The notes below the pieces were generated by a model. That model saw only the letters and a list, made by a program, of their open reading frames with translations. It made no database searches and was not told the DNA's origin. This document shows, piece after piece, positions 53,702 to 63,673 of a DNA stretch of 64,000 bases (position 1 is its first letter; each line of letters begins with the position of its first letter). The stretch covers positions 1-64,000 of the IMG/VR virus record IMGVR_UViG_3300032257_000005. The stretch is one strand, 5' to 3'. The position numbers and the translations under genes were made by a program. This DNA is from a virus (lineage: Duplodnaviria > Heunggongvirae > Uroviricota > Caudoviricetes).

Positions 53702-56509
53702 ATGCCTCGTTATTTTAACGGATTAAACGAATACTTAACTGCTGCTGCATTATCTGCACATCAGATAACAGGTGATGTTTCTATTGCTGTTACATTTAAT
53801 CCAGATACTTTACCGGCAAGTAATGCCGCAGAATGGGCTGTATTTCAATCTATAGGTGGAGAAACAACAGCTACTAATGCTCTTTATGGTGTTGGAATAA
53901 GAAATAATAGTGGAACATCATATTTTTCATTTTTTCATGAAAGTGGATCAGGAGTGAATCATAGGGTTGATTCAAATATTACCGTTAGTGCGGATACTGA
54001 ATATAAAATTATTGTTATACGTAATACATCAGCATTAACATATCAACTTATTGTTAACGGAACTGATCATGGTACTTTTTCATACACAACAAATCCTTCA
54101 GGAGGAAGTAGTACAAGATTAAGAATAGGTTCTGCATACAGTGGAGGTACTTCTGCTGCTCAATGGTTTAATGGTACTATAAGTGAGGTAGGTATATGGG
54201 ATGCAGGAATAAGTACCGCTGAAGCTATTTCATATACGGATGGATCGTATGAAGTTAAAAATATTGATACTTCTAATCTTGTTAGTCATTATAGAATAAC
54301 AGGTGGTATATCACCGGAACCTGATACCTTTGGATCAGTTGGAAGTTTAGTTATAAGTGGTACGCCAAATTCACCAGTTATAACAACACAAACTAGTATA
54401 ACGCCAAACTTAACTAATAATTCAAAACAAGGTTATGCTAGAAGTGGTGTTTTTAATATTATAAGTGATAATGAATCTTTATATATAAGAGATTCTCAAT
54501 GGTCTGTTATCGCTTCTGATACAGCCGTACTATCTGCTTTAACCAGTGTAACTAATCATCTTGGTGATATAGACGTTTATAACGGAATGATCTATACGGT
54601 AGCTAATAGATTTTCTACTTGTGCTGATAAAACAAATCATCAAATAGCAATTTATAACGCTTCAACTTTAGCATTAACTTCATCAAGAAGTATATCCGCA
54701 TCAGATCATACCGCCGCAGCCGCGATAGCGATAAACCATAGAGCTAATGAAATATATCTAGGATCTTTTTGTGATGGTGCGAATATAGAGATCCATGATT
54801 TAGATACATTAGCCTATTCAAGTTCATTAACACTTAGTTATAACGTTTCAAGCATTCAAGGTATCGCATATAAGAATGGTTATATTTATGCAATGGGTAC
54901 GGATGGAGATCTTTTTCAAATAAGACGAAGTGATGGAGATATAATTTGGCATGAGAATATGGGCGGTGGTTATCCTGAATATGAAGGTATTGATTTTTCA
55001 GGTGATGAATTTAGATACTTAGTTCATGCTTCATCAATTGTATATAACATACTGTTTATAACAGGTGTTCCAGTTGGTAATATTGATTTTAATGTAACTG
55101 GATCAAAGCATTTACATAAAGCAGATAGTACAAATGTATCGGTAATAACAGATTCAACTATTAACTTAGATGTACTTGATTCAAAACACATTCATAAATC
55201 AGATATATTTAACATAGTACAAACATATAATTTAAATATATTAGATTCTAAGCACTCACATAAAGCAGATAAAACTAATTTAAGTTTAACTGTTGATTTA
55301 GATACAAAAGACTCAAAACATACTCACAAGTCTGATAAAGTTAATTTAAATCAAACTCATGATTTAAATACACTAGATAGTAAGCATATTAATAAATCTG
55401 ATAATTTAATAATTGATCAAATACATAATTTAAACGCATTAGATAGCAAACACTTACACAAATCTGATAAGACTAATTTAGATCAAACTAATAACTTAAT
55501 TATATTTGATTCTAAACACATTCATAAATCTGATAAATCTAATTTAGATCAAACGCATTATTTAAATATTATTGATAGTAAACATCTGCATAAATCAGAT
55601 GAAACTTTATTCAATTTAACAATAACGCTTAATACATTAGATTCAAAACATATTCATAAATCTGAAAATAATGCTGTTGATCAAACTCATAATATCAATG
55701 TATTAGATAGTAAGCATTTACATAAATCAGATATTGCTGGATTAGAAGTTACAGAAGGTCTTGATGTACGAGATTCAAAACATCTTCATAAATCTGATAA
55801 AACTAACTTAGATCAAATACATGATTTAGGTGTTTTAGATAATACGCATAATCATACATCAGAACAAACTTCATTTAATTTAACTGTTGAATTAAATACT
55901 AAAGATTCTAAGCATATTCATAAATCTGATAATACTGCTATTGATCAGATACATAATTTAAATGCTTTAGATAGTAAACATACACATACTTCTGATAATG
56001 CTGCACTTGAATCAACAGTAGGATTACAAGTAAATGATTCTAAGCATCTACATAAATCGGATAAAACTAATTTAGATCAAGTTCATAATTTATCAGTTAA
56101 AAGTACAAAACATATTCATAAATCTGAAAATGTTGTAATACAATCTACATTAGAACTTGATGTACATGATAATAAGCATTTACATAAATCTGAAAATGCA
56201 GGTTTAATACAAACATTAACGTTATCAATTAAGAGTGCAAAACATATTCATAAGTCAGATAATGCTCAGGTAAATCAAACTAATATATTAAGAGCATTAG
56301 ACGGAAAACATTTGCATAAGTCTGATAAAGCTAATATTGTACAGAAGCATATATTAAAACCGAAAGATGCTAAACATTTACACAAGTCTGATTTCATTGA
56401 TTGGACACCAGCCGTTCCGTATGTTTCTTCACCAGAACGTACTATACTAGGAAAATATGAGGATAGAACTATATACTCTAAATATGTATCTAGGGTAATA
56501 CAATCATAA
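53702..56509 (+). CDS. tail fibre/spike-like protein (935 aa) with an N-terminal lectin/LamG-like jelly-roll region and ~19 tandem 22-aa His/Lys-rich repeats
   Basis: N-terminus ...VSIAVTFNP...EWAVFQSIGG...LRIGSAYSGG...WFNGTISEVGIWD... is LamG-like. The repeat unit is LDSKH(L/I)HKSDKTNLDQ(T/I)HNLN(A/I). Confidence 0.5.
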   Translation: MPRYFNGLNEYLTAAALSAHQITGDVSIAVTFNPDTLPASNAAEWAVFQSIGGETTATNALYGVGIRNNSGTSYFSFFHESGSGVNHRVDSNITVSADTEYKIIVIRNTSALTYQLIVNGTDHGTFSYTTNPSGGSSTRLRIGSAYSGGTSAAQWFNGTISEVGIWDAGISTAEAISYTDGSYEVKNIDTSNLVSHYRITGGISPEPDTFGSVGSLVISGTPNSPVITTQTSITPNLTNNSKQGYARSGVFNIISDNESLYIRDSQWSVIASDTAVLSALTSVTNHLGDIDVYNGMIYTVANRFSTCADKTNHQIAIYNASTLALTSSRSISASDHTAAAAIAINHRANEIYLGSFCDGANIEIHDLDTLAYSSSLTLSYNVSSIQGIAYKNGYIYAMGTDGDLFQIRRSDGDIIWHENMGGGYPEYEGIDFSGDEFRYLVHASSIVYNILFITGVPVGNIDFNVTGSKHLHKADSTNVSVITDSTINLDVLDSKHIHKSDIFNIVQTYNLNILDSKHSHKADKTNLSLTVDLDTKDSKHTHKSDKVNLNQTHDLNTLDSKHINKSDNLIIDQIHNLNALDSKHLHKSDKTNLDQTNNLIIFDSKHIHKSDKSNLDQTHYLNIIDSKHLHKSDETLFNLTITLNTLDSKHIHKSENNAVDQTHNINVLDSKHLHKSDIAGLEVTEGLDVRDSKHLHKSDKTNLDQIHDLGVLDNTHNHTSEQTSFNLTVELNTKDSKHIHKSDNTAIDQIHNLNALDSKHTHTSDNAALESTVGLQVNDSKHLHKSDKTNLDQVHNLSVKSTKHIHKSENVVIQSTLELDVHDNKHLHKSENAGLIQTLTLSIKSAKHIHKSDNAQVNQTNILRALDGKHLHKSDKANIVQKHILKPKDAKHLHKSDFIDWTPAVPYVSSPERTILGKYEDRTIYSKYVSRVIQS
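55090..56400 (+). repeat. 66-bp tandem coding repeat array (~19-20 units, DSKHxHKSDK...)
   Basis: Directly visible periodicity. Confidence 0.85.
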
Positions 56510-56532
56510 TTTAATTACTTAGGAGAAATACA

Positions 56533-56916
56533 ATGCCACGTTATCAAAATGACTCAATGCTAGATGCAGCGATAAACTGGGTAAAAGACAATACAGATAA
56601 GATTTTTATTTTATCATCAGGTACAACATCATTAACATATGATCAAGCTAAATCTTTTACGCTTGCTTCGGCTGCTGTCGCATCAACTATTTTTAGTATT
56701 GCGAATGGTGATGTATCAGGTAGAAAAGGAACAGTTGGTATTGTTTCTGCTGTATCGGTAACAACAACAGGTAGTGCAACACATTTTTGTTGTGTTAATG
56801 CATCAGCTTCAAGTGTTACGTATTTAACTGAAACATCTGCACAAGTATTAACGGCAGGTAATAGTTTAAATACACAGGCTTGGGATTTTGAGCTTGAGGA
56901 CAGCGTAGCTCCTTGA
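56533..56916 (+). CDS. hypothetical structural protein (Ser/Thr/Ala-rich)
   Basis: ORF with a terminator downstream. Confidence 0.35.
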   Translation: MPRYQNDSMLDAAINWVKDNTDKIFILSSGTTSLTYDQAKSFTLASAAVASTIFSIANGDVSGRKGTVGIVSAVSVTTTGSATHFCCVNASASSVTYLTETSAQVLTAGNSLNTQAWDFELEDSVAP

Positions 56917-56923
56917 TTTTTAA

Positions 56924-56955
56924 AGAGTTTTTCTTTTAACTCTTTTTTTATTTCT
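56924..56955 (+). terminator. rho-independent terminator (AAAGAGTT-TTTCTTTT-AACTCTTT + TTTTT)
   Basis: 8-bp perfect stem plus T-run. Confidence 0.55.
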
Positions 56956-57076
56956 AGCAGCGCAACATTTTCTACAAATAGATGCATAACCATCATAACG
57001 TGCTTTGTTTTTATTGAAATTGGAAATTGGATAATATGTTGAGCAATCAGGACAATGTTTATAATCATATTGAGGA

Positions 57077-57391
57077 TTGTATATGTCTACTATAAAAGTT
57101 GACTCAGATGGAGTTCAATTTTTTGATATATTAACGGGTGAGCATTTAGATTATACGGCTAAACATGCTGATTCGTTAGATCCTTTAGGGGATACTATAT
57201 CAAGTGCTGAATTTTCATCTACAGATACAGGACTTGCTTTTACTTCTGTTACCAAAACAACTTCTACTGTAGTTGGATGGGTAACACCTAGCGCGGGTAA
57301 TACTAACACTACTTATAATTTTACTAGTAAAGTATTTACGGCAGGTGGTCGTGTAGATAAGCTACCATTTAAAATTAAGGTAGGTAACTAA
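57077..57391 (+). CDS. hypothetical structural protein
   Basis: ORF only. Confidence 0.3.
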   Translation: MYMSTIKVDSDGVQFFDILTGEHLDYTAKHADSLDPLGDTISSAEFSSTDTGLAFTSVTKTTSTVVGWVTPSAGNTNTTYNFTSKVFTAGGRVDKLPFKIKVGN

Positions 57392-57765
57392 TGGGCTTGC
57401 GTGATACATTTAAAAATGCAGCACAAACGGCATTATCTGCGGCTGGTGATGTTGTTGAAAATGCTCATCTTTATCAAGAAGGATCTTCTGTTCATAATGT
57501 ATCATCAGGTACAGTATCAACAATTGATTCACGTTATTTATTAAGTGCTATTTTTAGCAAGTATAAAGCGTATGAAATAGTTGGCAGTCATATACAGCCG
57601 CATGACTTAAAGGCAACACTTGCTCAAAAAGGCTTTTCACCAATCCCAACTGTTAATGATTATGTTGTACGTATAGAAGATAATTGTAGTACACGTTATG
57701 ATGTAGTTGATGTAAAACAAGATGCTGCTGGTGCAACTTGGAATTTACAAATACGGAAAGCATAA
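57391..57765 (+). CDS. hypothetical structural protein
   Basis: ORF; ATGG/TAATG junctions. Confidence 0.3.
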   Translation: MGLRDTFKNAAQTALSAAGDVVENAHLYQEGSSVHNVSSGTVSTIDSRYLLSAIFSKYKAYEIVGSHIQPHDLKATLAQKGFSPIPTVNDYVVRIEDNCSTRYDVVDVKQDAAGATWNLQIRKA

Positions 57766-58211
57766 TGCCATTTATTAGTTTTACAAATTTACCAAGCTTT
57801 GAACATCGTTTAGATGCTTATGCAAAACTATTAAATGTAAAATCAGAAAAACTTGTTAGAAAAGTTGGCTTTGATTTATTTCGTGGAATAACTGAAAGAA
57901 CACCTGTTGATACAGGTTACGCAAGAGCCAGTTGGAATATTAGTGTCGGTTCACCTGATAGAACTGTACCTGATAAAATTGAAGGTGGTGAATCAGCCGC
58001 TAAACAAAGAAATCAACAACAGCTTGGTGGTATAAATGCTGCTGCACTTAAAAACTTTCCTGTTATCTATATAACTAATCCATTGGATTATATTGTATTT
58101 CTTGAACAGGGTAGAACAAAACAACTACCTGAAGGAAAAGGTTACATGGTGCAACGTACATTGGCTGATGTTGAAATGAAATTAAAATTAGCTATCAGTG
58201 AGTTATTATAA
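57764..58211 (+). CDS. hypothetical structural protein (head-tail connector/adaptor class by position)
   Basis: ORF only. Confidence 0.3.
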
Positions 58212-58606
58212 TGTCATTCACTACGATAAGGCGTGATATTTTTAATCGATTTGAAGCTAATTGGGTTACAACACCTATAGCTTATCAAAACATACCTTAT
58301 AAACCATCATTCAATCAGCCGTGGGTTAAGATTAATTTATTTGATGAAAGTTCAAGCCGTATTAATGTAGGACTACCTGCTATTTACAGACAAGTTGGAA
58401 CAGTTATCATTGAAATACATACAGAAGATGCAAAAGGTATTCAGGAAGGTCGTGGATATGGCGATACTATAGCGGCTATTTTTCGTGATCAGCAATTCAG
58501 TGGTTTAACGTTTAGTGATGTTAATGTAACAGCCGTAGGCAAGAATAACGGATATTGGCAAACTAATGTTATAGCGCCTTTTTATTGGGATGGTACTTAT
58601 CCGTGA
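58211..58606 (+). CDS. hypothetical structural protein
   Basis: ORF only. Confidence 0.3.
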   Translation: MSFTTIRRDIFNRFEANWVTTPIAYQNIPYKPSFNQPWVKINLFDESSSRINVGLPAIYRQVGTVIIEIHTEDAKGIQEGRGYGDTIAAIFRDQQFSGLTFSDVNVTAVGKNNGYWQTNVIAPFYWDGTYP

Positions 58607-58722
58607 GTCCTGCCACAAGGGTCTTGCATGAAACCTTAATACGAATATTAAAAGGTGGAGTAAAAGCATATGAGGTTTGGTATAAAGCTACACTTGAAGA
58701 AAATAAATTAAAAAAGAAATAA

Positions 58723-59298
58723 TTATTTATATCTCCAACATAATGCTCTACACCAAGATCCCTGCCAATCTGTACGCCTTCCATATTTTCTATGTAGCTT
58801 TGTCATTTCTGTTAAATTATCCCCACAAATATTATCCCAAATATCATGCCAAACAGCATTATATCTTTTACCTTTTGGTGGTTTCCATTCAAAGGCATCT
58901 GCATTTATAATATTTACACGTTTATCCTTATTATAATATTCAGCAACTAATGAAATAACATCACTGGATTTTTCAATCACTGTTACAGAGGTAACTAAAT
59001 CACTTTTTAATATTTCAGTAAGTGCAACACCAAGACCAAGACCGTTAATTAAAATATCACCACCTTTTTTAGCTTCTCTAATAAACTCATGATGATCTTC
59101 TATTTCTGCTGGCGTATTAGACATAATAGCTGTACCGTTACGCATTAATCGTTTAAATTTTCCGGGCTTAACATATCTTGAACCCATATGAAAAGAAGCC
59201 CTAATATTATAAAGCTTTGCATCATCTTCTGTTATTTCAAAATCTTCTACTGTCCAATTACCTGAATTGCCATTAGGAATATTAATATCTATTTTCAT
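58723..59298 (-). CDS. class I SAM-dependent methyltransferase-like protein
   Basis: ...GGDILINGLGLGVALTEIL... is a glycine-rich motif-I loop followed by an acidic residue. Confidence 0.35.
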   Translation of the reverse strand: MKIDINIPNGNSGNWTVEDFEITEDDAKLYNIRASFHMGSRYVKPGKFKRLMRNGTAIMSNTPAEIEDHHEFIREAKKGGDILINGLGLGVALTEILKSDLVTSVTVIEKSSDVISLVAEYYNKDKRVNIINADAFEWKPPKGKRYNAVWHDIWDNICGDNLTEMTKLHRKYGRRTDWQGSWCRALCWRYK

Positions 59299-59555
59299 TA
59301 TATTGTCCTATAAGATCGTAATACACCAAATTCAGCATAACTTTGCCGCATTTGTGTTTCGTTAATAGTCGCATCAATCAATCCAAGTAATTGATCGTTT
59401 TCAACACAATGAACACGCATTAACATTAATGAATGTATTGCTGCATCAAATTGCTCATGGGTTGTATTTGTATTATAAATTTTACGTACTTCACATAAGT
59501 CTTTATAGCAATTTTTAATATCAGAATAATAATCTTTCAGTTCGTCTACTTGCAT
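59298..59555 (-). CDS. hypothetical protein
   Basis: ORF only. Confidence 0.3.
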   Translation of the reverse strand: MQVDELKDYYSDIKNCYKDLCEVRKIYNTNTTHEQFDAAIHSLMLMRVHCVENDQLLGLIDATINETQMRQSYAEFGVLRSYRTI

Positions 59556-59556
59556 T

Positions 59557-59880
59557 TTAATCCACCTTTTTATTACTTAAAACTTTATTTGCAACATCCC
59601 AACCTTTTAAATATCTTTCGATGTAATCACTACTTTTACCTTCTCGATTTAATGATGCTATTGATATATCTCTTGCATTTTCATTTGAAACATTAAATAT
59701 AACAATTGAATCAAGAACACCCGCTAAAAAATTACTAAGCTGATCTTTTGTAATTATGTTTTTTTCACCAGTTAGCGCGATAGAAATAAGATCAACTTCA
59801 GCACCCCATAATTGCCATTTAAAATCTATCTCCATATTTTGATTTTTAATTAAACTTTCATACATTTTATTTAACCTCAT
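59557..59880 (-). CDS. hypothetical protein
   Basis: ORF only. Confidence 0.3.
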   Translation of the reverse strand: MRLNKMYESLIKNQNMEIDFKWQLWGAEVDLISIALTGEKNIITKDQLSNFLAGVLDSIVIFNVSNENARDISIASLNREGKSSDYIERYLKGWDVANKVLSNKKVD

Positions 59881-60073
59881 TAAAAGTACATAATGAAATT
59901 CTTACAGTTAACGCTTCCCCTTTCTCTTTTTCATTATAATTATTCATTACTTTAGTTTTACCTTCAACTATAGTTCCACTTGCCCATTCATCATCTAATG
60001 ATTCAACCATCATAGTAAAATTACCTTTACGATTATGACTAACGTTATAAATTTTACCTGTTTCAATTTTCAT
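59867..60073 (-). CDS. hypothetical protein
   Basis: ORF only. Confidence 0.3.
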   Translation of the reverse strand: MKIETGKIYNVSHNRKGNFTMMVESLDDEWASGTIVEGKTKVMNNYNEKEKGEALTVRISLCTFNEVK

Positions 60074-60416
60074 TTCTTTTTATCCTCTATCCACCATTGC
60101 AGCCAATCAATAAGTTTTTGTGCCTGCTCAATGTTAGTAGGCTGTATTTTACTAGTATGTAAAAGTTCGCCGCTAATTTGTATAAATTTAGATTCACCAT
60201 TCATCACCATGTATTAGTAATGTACATATATCACCTTCTCTATCCATAACATCAATATGATCTAATTTTAAACCATTTTCTTCACTCATTTCTTCCACAC
60301 TCCATTTAATAATCTACCTAACAATGTATTAAATAATCTACCGATTACCTTACCCTTACTTGCAGCGTTTACATGACCTAATAAACGTGCAAGTGCGTAT
60401 AGTGTTGAACGTATTT

Positions 60417-61223
60417 TCATAATGTTTCAGCTTTAGCTATACGCTGTACAAAAGTTTGATTTTCATCTTTATATTCTTCATGACTTTTTATTGTTGCTTT
60501 AAATGTTGCTGGTAAACCTAAATCTAAACCTGTTGGCGCACTACCTTTATATACAATAAGTTCACCAGTATCTTTAACAAACTTTTCTATATAAACAGTT
60601 CCATAAAACCCATCAAAAGAAAACCTAGCAATCGGCGTAACATTAAAATCTTCACGCTTTTTTACTTCACCATAATATTCACCATTTGGCTCAGGTAATT
60701 TAATAAGGTGAGGAAATACATTTTTTAATGCTTCCTGAAGTGATTGTAAAATAACATCATCTTCAGAATCTAATGATAAGAAATATAAAATATAGCTATC
60801 AGGTGCATTTTCAAATGCTTCTGTATGACATTGACCAAACGGCCATACTTTACGACTGATTTTATCAAAAGCATCTTCACGGCGTTGGCGTTCACGTTCC
60901 TCAAAACGCTCTTGTGCTTCTTTTTCTGATGCTAATCTTGCAGCTTCAACTTCTTCACTAGTACGGCGGCGTATTTCTTCAAGACTTTCAAGCGTACTAT
61001 CAACAAACTTTCCATCTAATCTGCTAACAATATCCTTTGCTTTAACTTCAGCTTTTTCTTTGTCTATAGATAGATTACGCACATAGTAATCACGAGTGAT
61101 TGTAAAAGAACCTTCTGGTGTAAAAACTTTTTCAGGATAGCGAACTCGCAAAGTATACATTTTTGTTTGTTCGCCAGTGCTGATGTAGTAAATAGTATTG
61201 CTTGTGTTGTCTTGTGGTAACAT
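60417..61223 (-). CDS. hypothetical protein with a central acidic coiled coil (the start is reassigned to the ATG at 61223)
   Basis: ORF. The track start is a GTG inside the Shine-Dalgarno sequence of cassette copy c. Confidence 0.35.
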   Translation of the reverse strand: MLPQDNTSNTIYYISTGEQTKMYTLRVRYPEKVFTPEGSFTITRDYYVRNLSIDKEKAEVKAKDIVSRLDGKFVDSTLESLEEIRRRTSEEVEAARLASEKEAQERFEERERQRREDAFDKISRKVWPFGQCHTEAFENAPDSYILYFLSLDSEDDVILQSLQEALKNVFPHLIKLPEPNGEYYGEVKKREDFNVTPIARFSFDGFYGTVYIEKFVKDTGELIVYKGSAPTGLDLGLPATFKATIKSHEEYKDENQTFVQRIAKAETL

Positions 61224-61262
61224 ATCATTCACCTTTTTTCGGTTAGTTGTTTATTTAATTCT
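61224..61262 (-). promoter_or_regulatory. conserved 5'UTR cassette copy c (AACCGAAAAAAGGTGAATGAT-ATG)
   Basis: Sequence repeat. The -10 box is weaker here and lies in the upstream coding sequence. Confidence 0.4.
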
Positions 61263-61474
61263 TTATATTTATTTTTAAAATAATCTTCCTGATATGACTT
61301 AACAGTTAAAGTATAAAATGATTCATTTTTACAAAACTCAACACCATTAACATCATCTTCTTTAGATAATAAATCACCAATTTTTTCTATTTTATCAGAT
61401 TCTTCTGTATTTCCTTCAATTGAAAATAATCTTACTGATCTACTTCTATTTGCTGATAATTTAATTAATCTCAT
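61229..61474 (-). CDS. hypothetical protein
   Basis: ORF only. Confidence 0.3.
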   Translation of the reverse strand: MRLIKLSANRSRSVRLFSIEGNTEESDKIEKIGDLLSKEDDVNGVEFCKNESFYTLTVKSYQEDYFKNKYKELNKQLTEKR

Positions 61475-61483
61475 AACAATACC

Positions 61484-61615
61484 TTAAGCTTTAACTAATT
61501 CGCCGTTTTTATATTTGTAAATTGTTTGGTGTTGGTTTTCTTTTTCTACCTTAACAACATAAGTGCCTATTGCTGTTGTTAGAACTAATGCTAATGCGAT
61601 CAATATTGTTTCCAT
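61484..61615 (-). CDS. tiny membrane protein (~43 aa, METILIALALVLTTAIGTYVV...); not in the track
   Basis: Start ATG behind cassette copy d. Confidence 0.3.
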   Translation of the reverse strand: METILIALALVLTTAIGTYVVKVEKENQHQTIYKYKNGELVKA

Positions 61616-61670
61616 TTCGTTTCACCTTTATTCGGTTAATTTGTTACTCTATGATTCAAATTATACACAT
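61616..61670 (-). promoter_or_regulatory. conserved promoter + 5'UTR cassette copy d (GTGTATAATTT...AACCGAATAAAGGTGAAACGAA-ATG)
   Basis: Sequence repeat. Confidence 0.5.
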
Positions 61671-61856
61671 ATATTCAAGATATACAAGTGAATTTATGAA
61701 AAAAGATGAAAATAATTTCAATATCCAGCTAAGTTATTGTTTTTGTTTGTAATATTAACATGACATTGTGGGCGATTCTAAGCCGTTCTAAGCGGTCTTA
61801 CTGTTAACCCATGTAACGCCATTGGATTTCATTTAAAATAGCCCACGTATTGACTA

Positions 61857-62027
61857 CTATAGCGATTCAAGTGCTAACCGTATGCCTTTACTCAGATTAC
61901 CACCACCTAATTTCTCACCTTTTTCAGCTAATCTATCGCACAACGTAATATTGCGGCGTTTCTGCACATCTTTATCAAGTCGATTTCGACCAGCACCTTT
62001 ACGCTTACCACCATGTTTGTTTTTCAT
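61857..62027 (-). CDS. small basic protein (56 aa, MKNKHGGKRKGAGRNRLDKDVQKRRNITLCDRLAEKGEKLGG...); not in the track
   Basis: Clean ORF with a stop/start junction to the 62030..62215 gene. Possibly nucleic-acid binding. Confidence 0.3.
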   Translation of the reverse strand: MKNKHGGKRKGAGRNRLDKDVQKRRNITLCDRLAEKGEKLGGGNLSKGIRLALESL

Positions 62028-62029
62028 TA

Positions 62030-62215
62030 CTATAGCCTTACTTTTTTATTTATATTAAAAAACGTACCATCATTGCATCGAACATTATTATTATTAACCA
62101 CTAAGTAATCAACTCCATTATGTTTTAAACATTCAGCAACAGCTATATTAATTTCCCATCCGTTAACTGTGCTACACCCACTTAAAAATAAAATAGATAT
62201 TAGTATTGTTTTCAT
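62030..62215 (-). CDS. lipoprotein-like small secreted protein (MKTILISILFLSGCS)
   Basis: Signal peptide plus lipobox LSGC. Confidence 0.35.
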   Translation of the reverse strand: MKTILISILFLSGCSTVNGWEINIAVAECLKHNGVDYLVVNNNNVRCNDGTFFNINKKVRL

Positions 62216-62219
62216 CTTA

Positions 62220-62594
62220 TTATTCCTTGCTTATTAAAAGTCTTAATTTATTCATTTCTTCTATATGAAATTCATAATCATCAACTATGCCAGTTTCCCA
62301 ATCTTTATGTGTATGAAAGCTACACGTAATTTCATATATACCGGGATCTTCATCAGGTAAATCGACAGGTAATCCAATGTATTCCGCTTCTGAACCATTA
62401 TCAAAAAATGATGGATGAATATTAGGTGCTACTATTACAAATACATTATGAGATATATCTACACCTATAATCCATTGTGAATTATGTTCTGAATCCCAAT
62501 TAGGTTCCGTTTCATCATCAGTTAATGTTATATTTTCAGGTGCTTGAACTTTTAATATATCATCAAGTAATTTATTCATATTTTCACCATCCAC
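62220..62594 (-). CDS. hypothetical protein
   Basis: ORF only. Confidence 0.3.
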   Translation of the reverse strand: MDGENMNKLLDDILKVQAPENITLTDDETEPNWDSEHNSQWIIGVDISHNVFVIVAPNIHPSFFDNGSEAEYIGLPVDLPDEDPGIYEITCSFHTHKDWETGIVDDYEFHIEEMNKLRLLISKE

Positions 62595-63249
62595 TATGTA
62601 TATCTGTATATACTTGTACTTGTTTTCTTATCTGATTCATTGCTGGCATATGATAAAAAGATAATCTAAAAAAATAACGCCAACCTCTAGTAGTAGCTGG
62701 CATACACTTATGTAATGTGCTTCGACTAAATTTTAAAATATGTCCTGCCTGTAAAATATCAATAAAACTATCATCAGAAATTTTATCAATTCTTTTTGAT
62801 ACTGATTGCCATACTTTATTTTCATCTACGTCTAAATATAAATCAGTATTCATAAAAGCTGTATTACATAAATCATGTTCGGTATCAATATGACAAATAT
62901 AATGTTTTATATCATTATTCAATGTAGATAAATCAGGTTGTGAACTTCTATCTTTTCTTACAACACCGTCACAATGCCAACCGGGTATACATGGATAAAA
63001 ATCCTGCATTAACATAACAGATTTAGTATCTATTACGGGATGATAACCCATTAAACTATGTCTATATATTTCTTTTTCTACATCTTTTATTATTTTATCC
63101 ATAATATTATTAGTTAATGGCCCTGCATTTTGTCTGCACCACTTCCATGATCCACCATATATCATAGGTTCATCTTGAATAACATGTTGAGATTCAACAC
63201 CAGTAACACTATTTATATATTGATAGTTTGATTTAAATTTATACTTCAT
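62584..63249 (-). CDS. hypothetical protein, possibly 2OG-Fe(II) oxygenase-like (H-x-D ... H)
   Basis: ...CIPGWHCDGV... and later ...HILKF... His residues. Weak evidence. Confidence 0.25.
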   Translation of the reverse strand: MKYKFKSNYQYINSVTGVESQHVIQDEPMIYGGSWKWCRQNAGPLTNNIMDKIIKDVEKEIYRHSLMGYHPVIDTKSVMLMQDFYPCIPGWHCDGVVRKDRSSQPDLSTLNNDIKHYICHIDTEHDLCNTAFMNTDLYLDVDENKVWQSVSKRIDKISDDSFIDILQAGHILKFSRSTLHKCMPATTRGWRYFFRLSFYHMPAMNQIRKQVQVYTDIHSGW

Positions 63250-63673
63250 TTTGTTTTACCATTCTATCGTATAAAACTACATTTACAGTTGCGGCTAAAT
63301 TCATACAACCGTTAGTTGGTATATAAACAGTATCACGACACCATGAAGTAATACGTTCACCTAATGTTGCATCTTCAGCACCAAATATATAAAACGCACG
63401 TTCTGGATGCTTGTATTCACTCAAAGGTATAGCACCTTCAATTAAATCAACTGCAACAGGTACGCAACCATGTGGAATAATATCTTTTAGATTATCAACA
63501 TTAAATAATGGTTTATGCCTAATCTGTTTCATGGTATCAGTTGGAAATGCTTTAAATCGCTTATTTGTATAAGCAATAAATTTAGCATCGTAACAACCAA
63601 CAGCACGTAAAGCTGCACCAACATTAACACCTGATTTCGGATTATCTAATCCTATACATGCATAGCCTCTCAT
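63239..63673 (-). CDS. SPOUT-family RNA 2'-O-methyltransferase (TrmL/TrmH-like)
   Basis: ...YACIGLDNPKSGVNVGAALRAVGCY... (motif 1), ...RAFYIFGAEDATLGERI... (motif 2), ...VYIPTNGCMNLAATVNVVLYDR... (motif 3). At 144 aa it matches the TrmL size. Confidence 0.6.
   Translation of the reverse strand: MRGYACIGLDNPKSGVNVGAALRAVGCYDAKFIAYTNKRFKAFPTDTMKQIRHKPLFNVDNLKDIIPHGCVPVAVDLIEGAIPLSEYKHPERAFYIFGAEDATLGERITSWCRDTVYIPTNGCMNLAATVNVVLYDRMVKQNEV

Noticed and set aside
55090-56400. Possible CRISPR-like array (66-bp period)
   Set aside because: The degenerate repeats are contiguous and in frame within the fibre gene. There is no repeat-spacer alternation.
56643-57068. 141-aa minus-strand ORF
   Set aside because: It is mostly antisense to the 56533..56916 structural gene and crosses a plus-strand terminator. 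There is no RBS.
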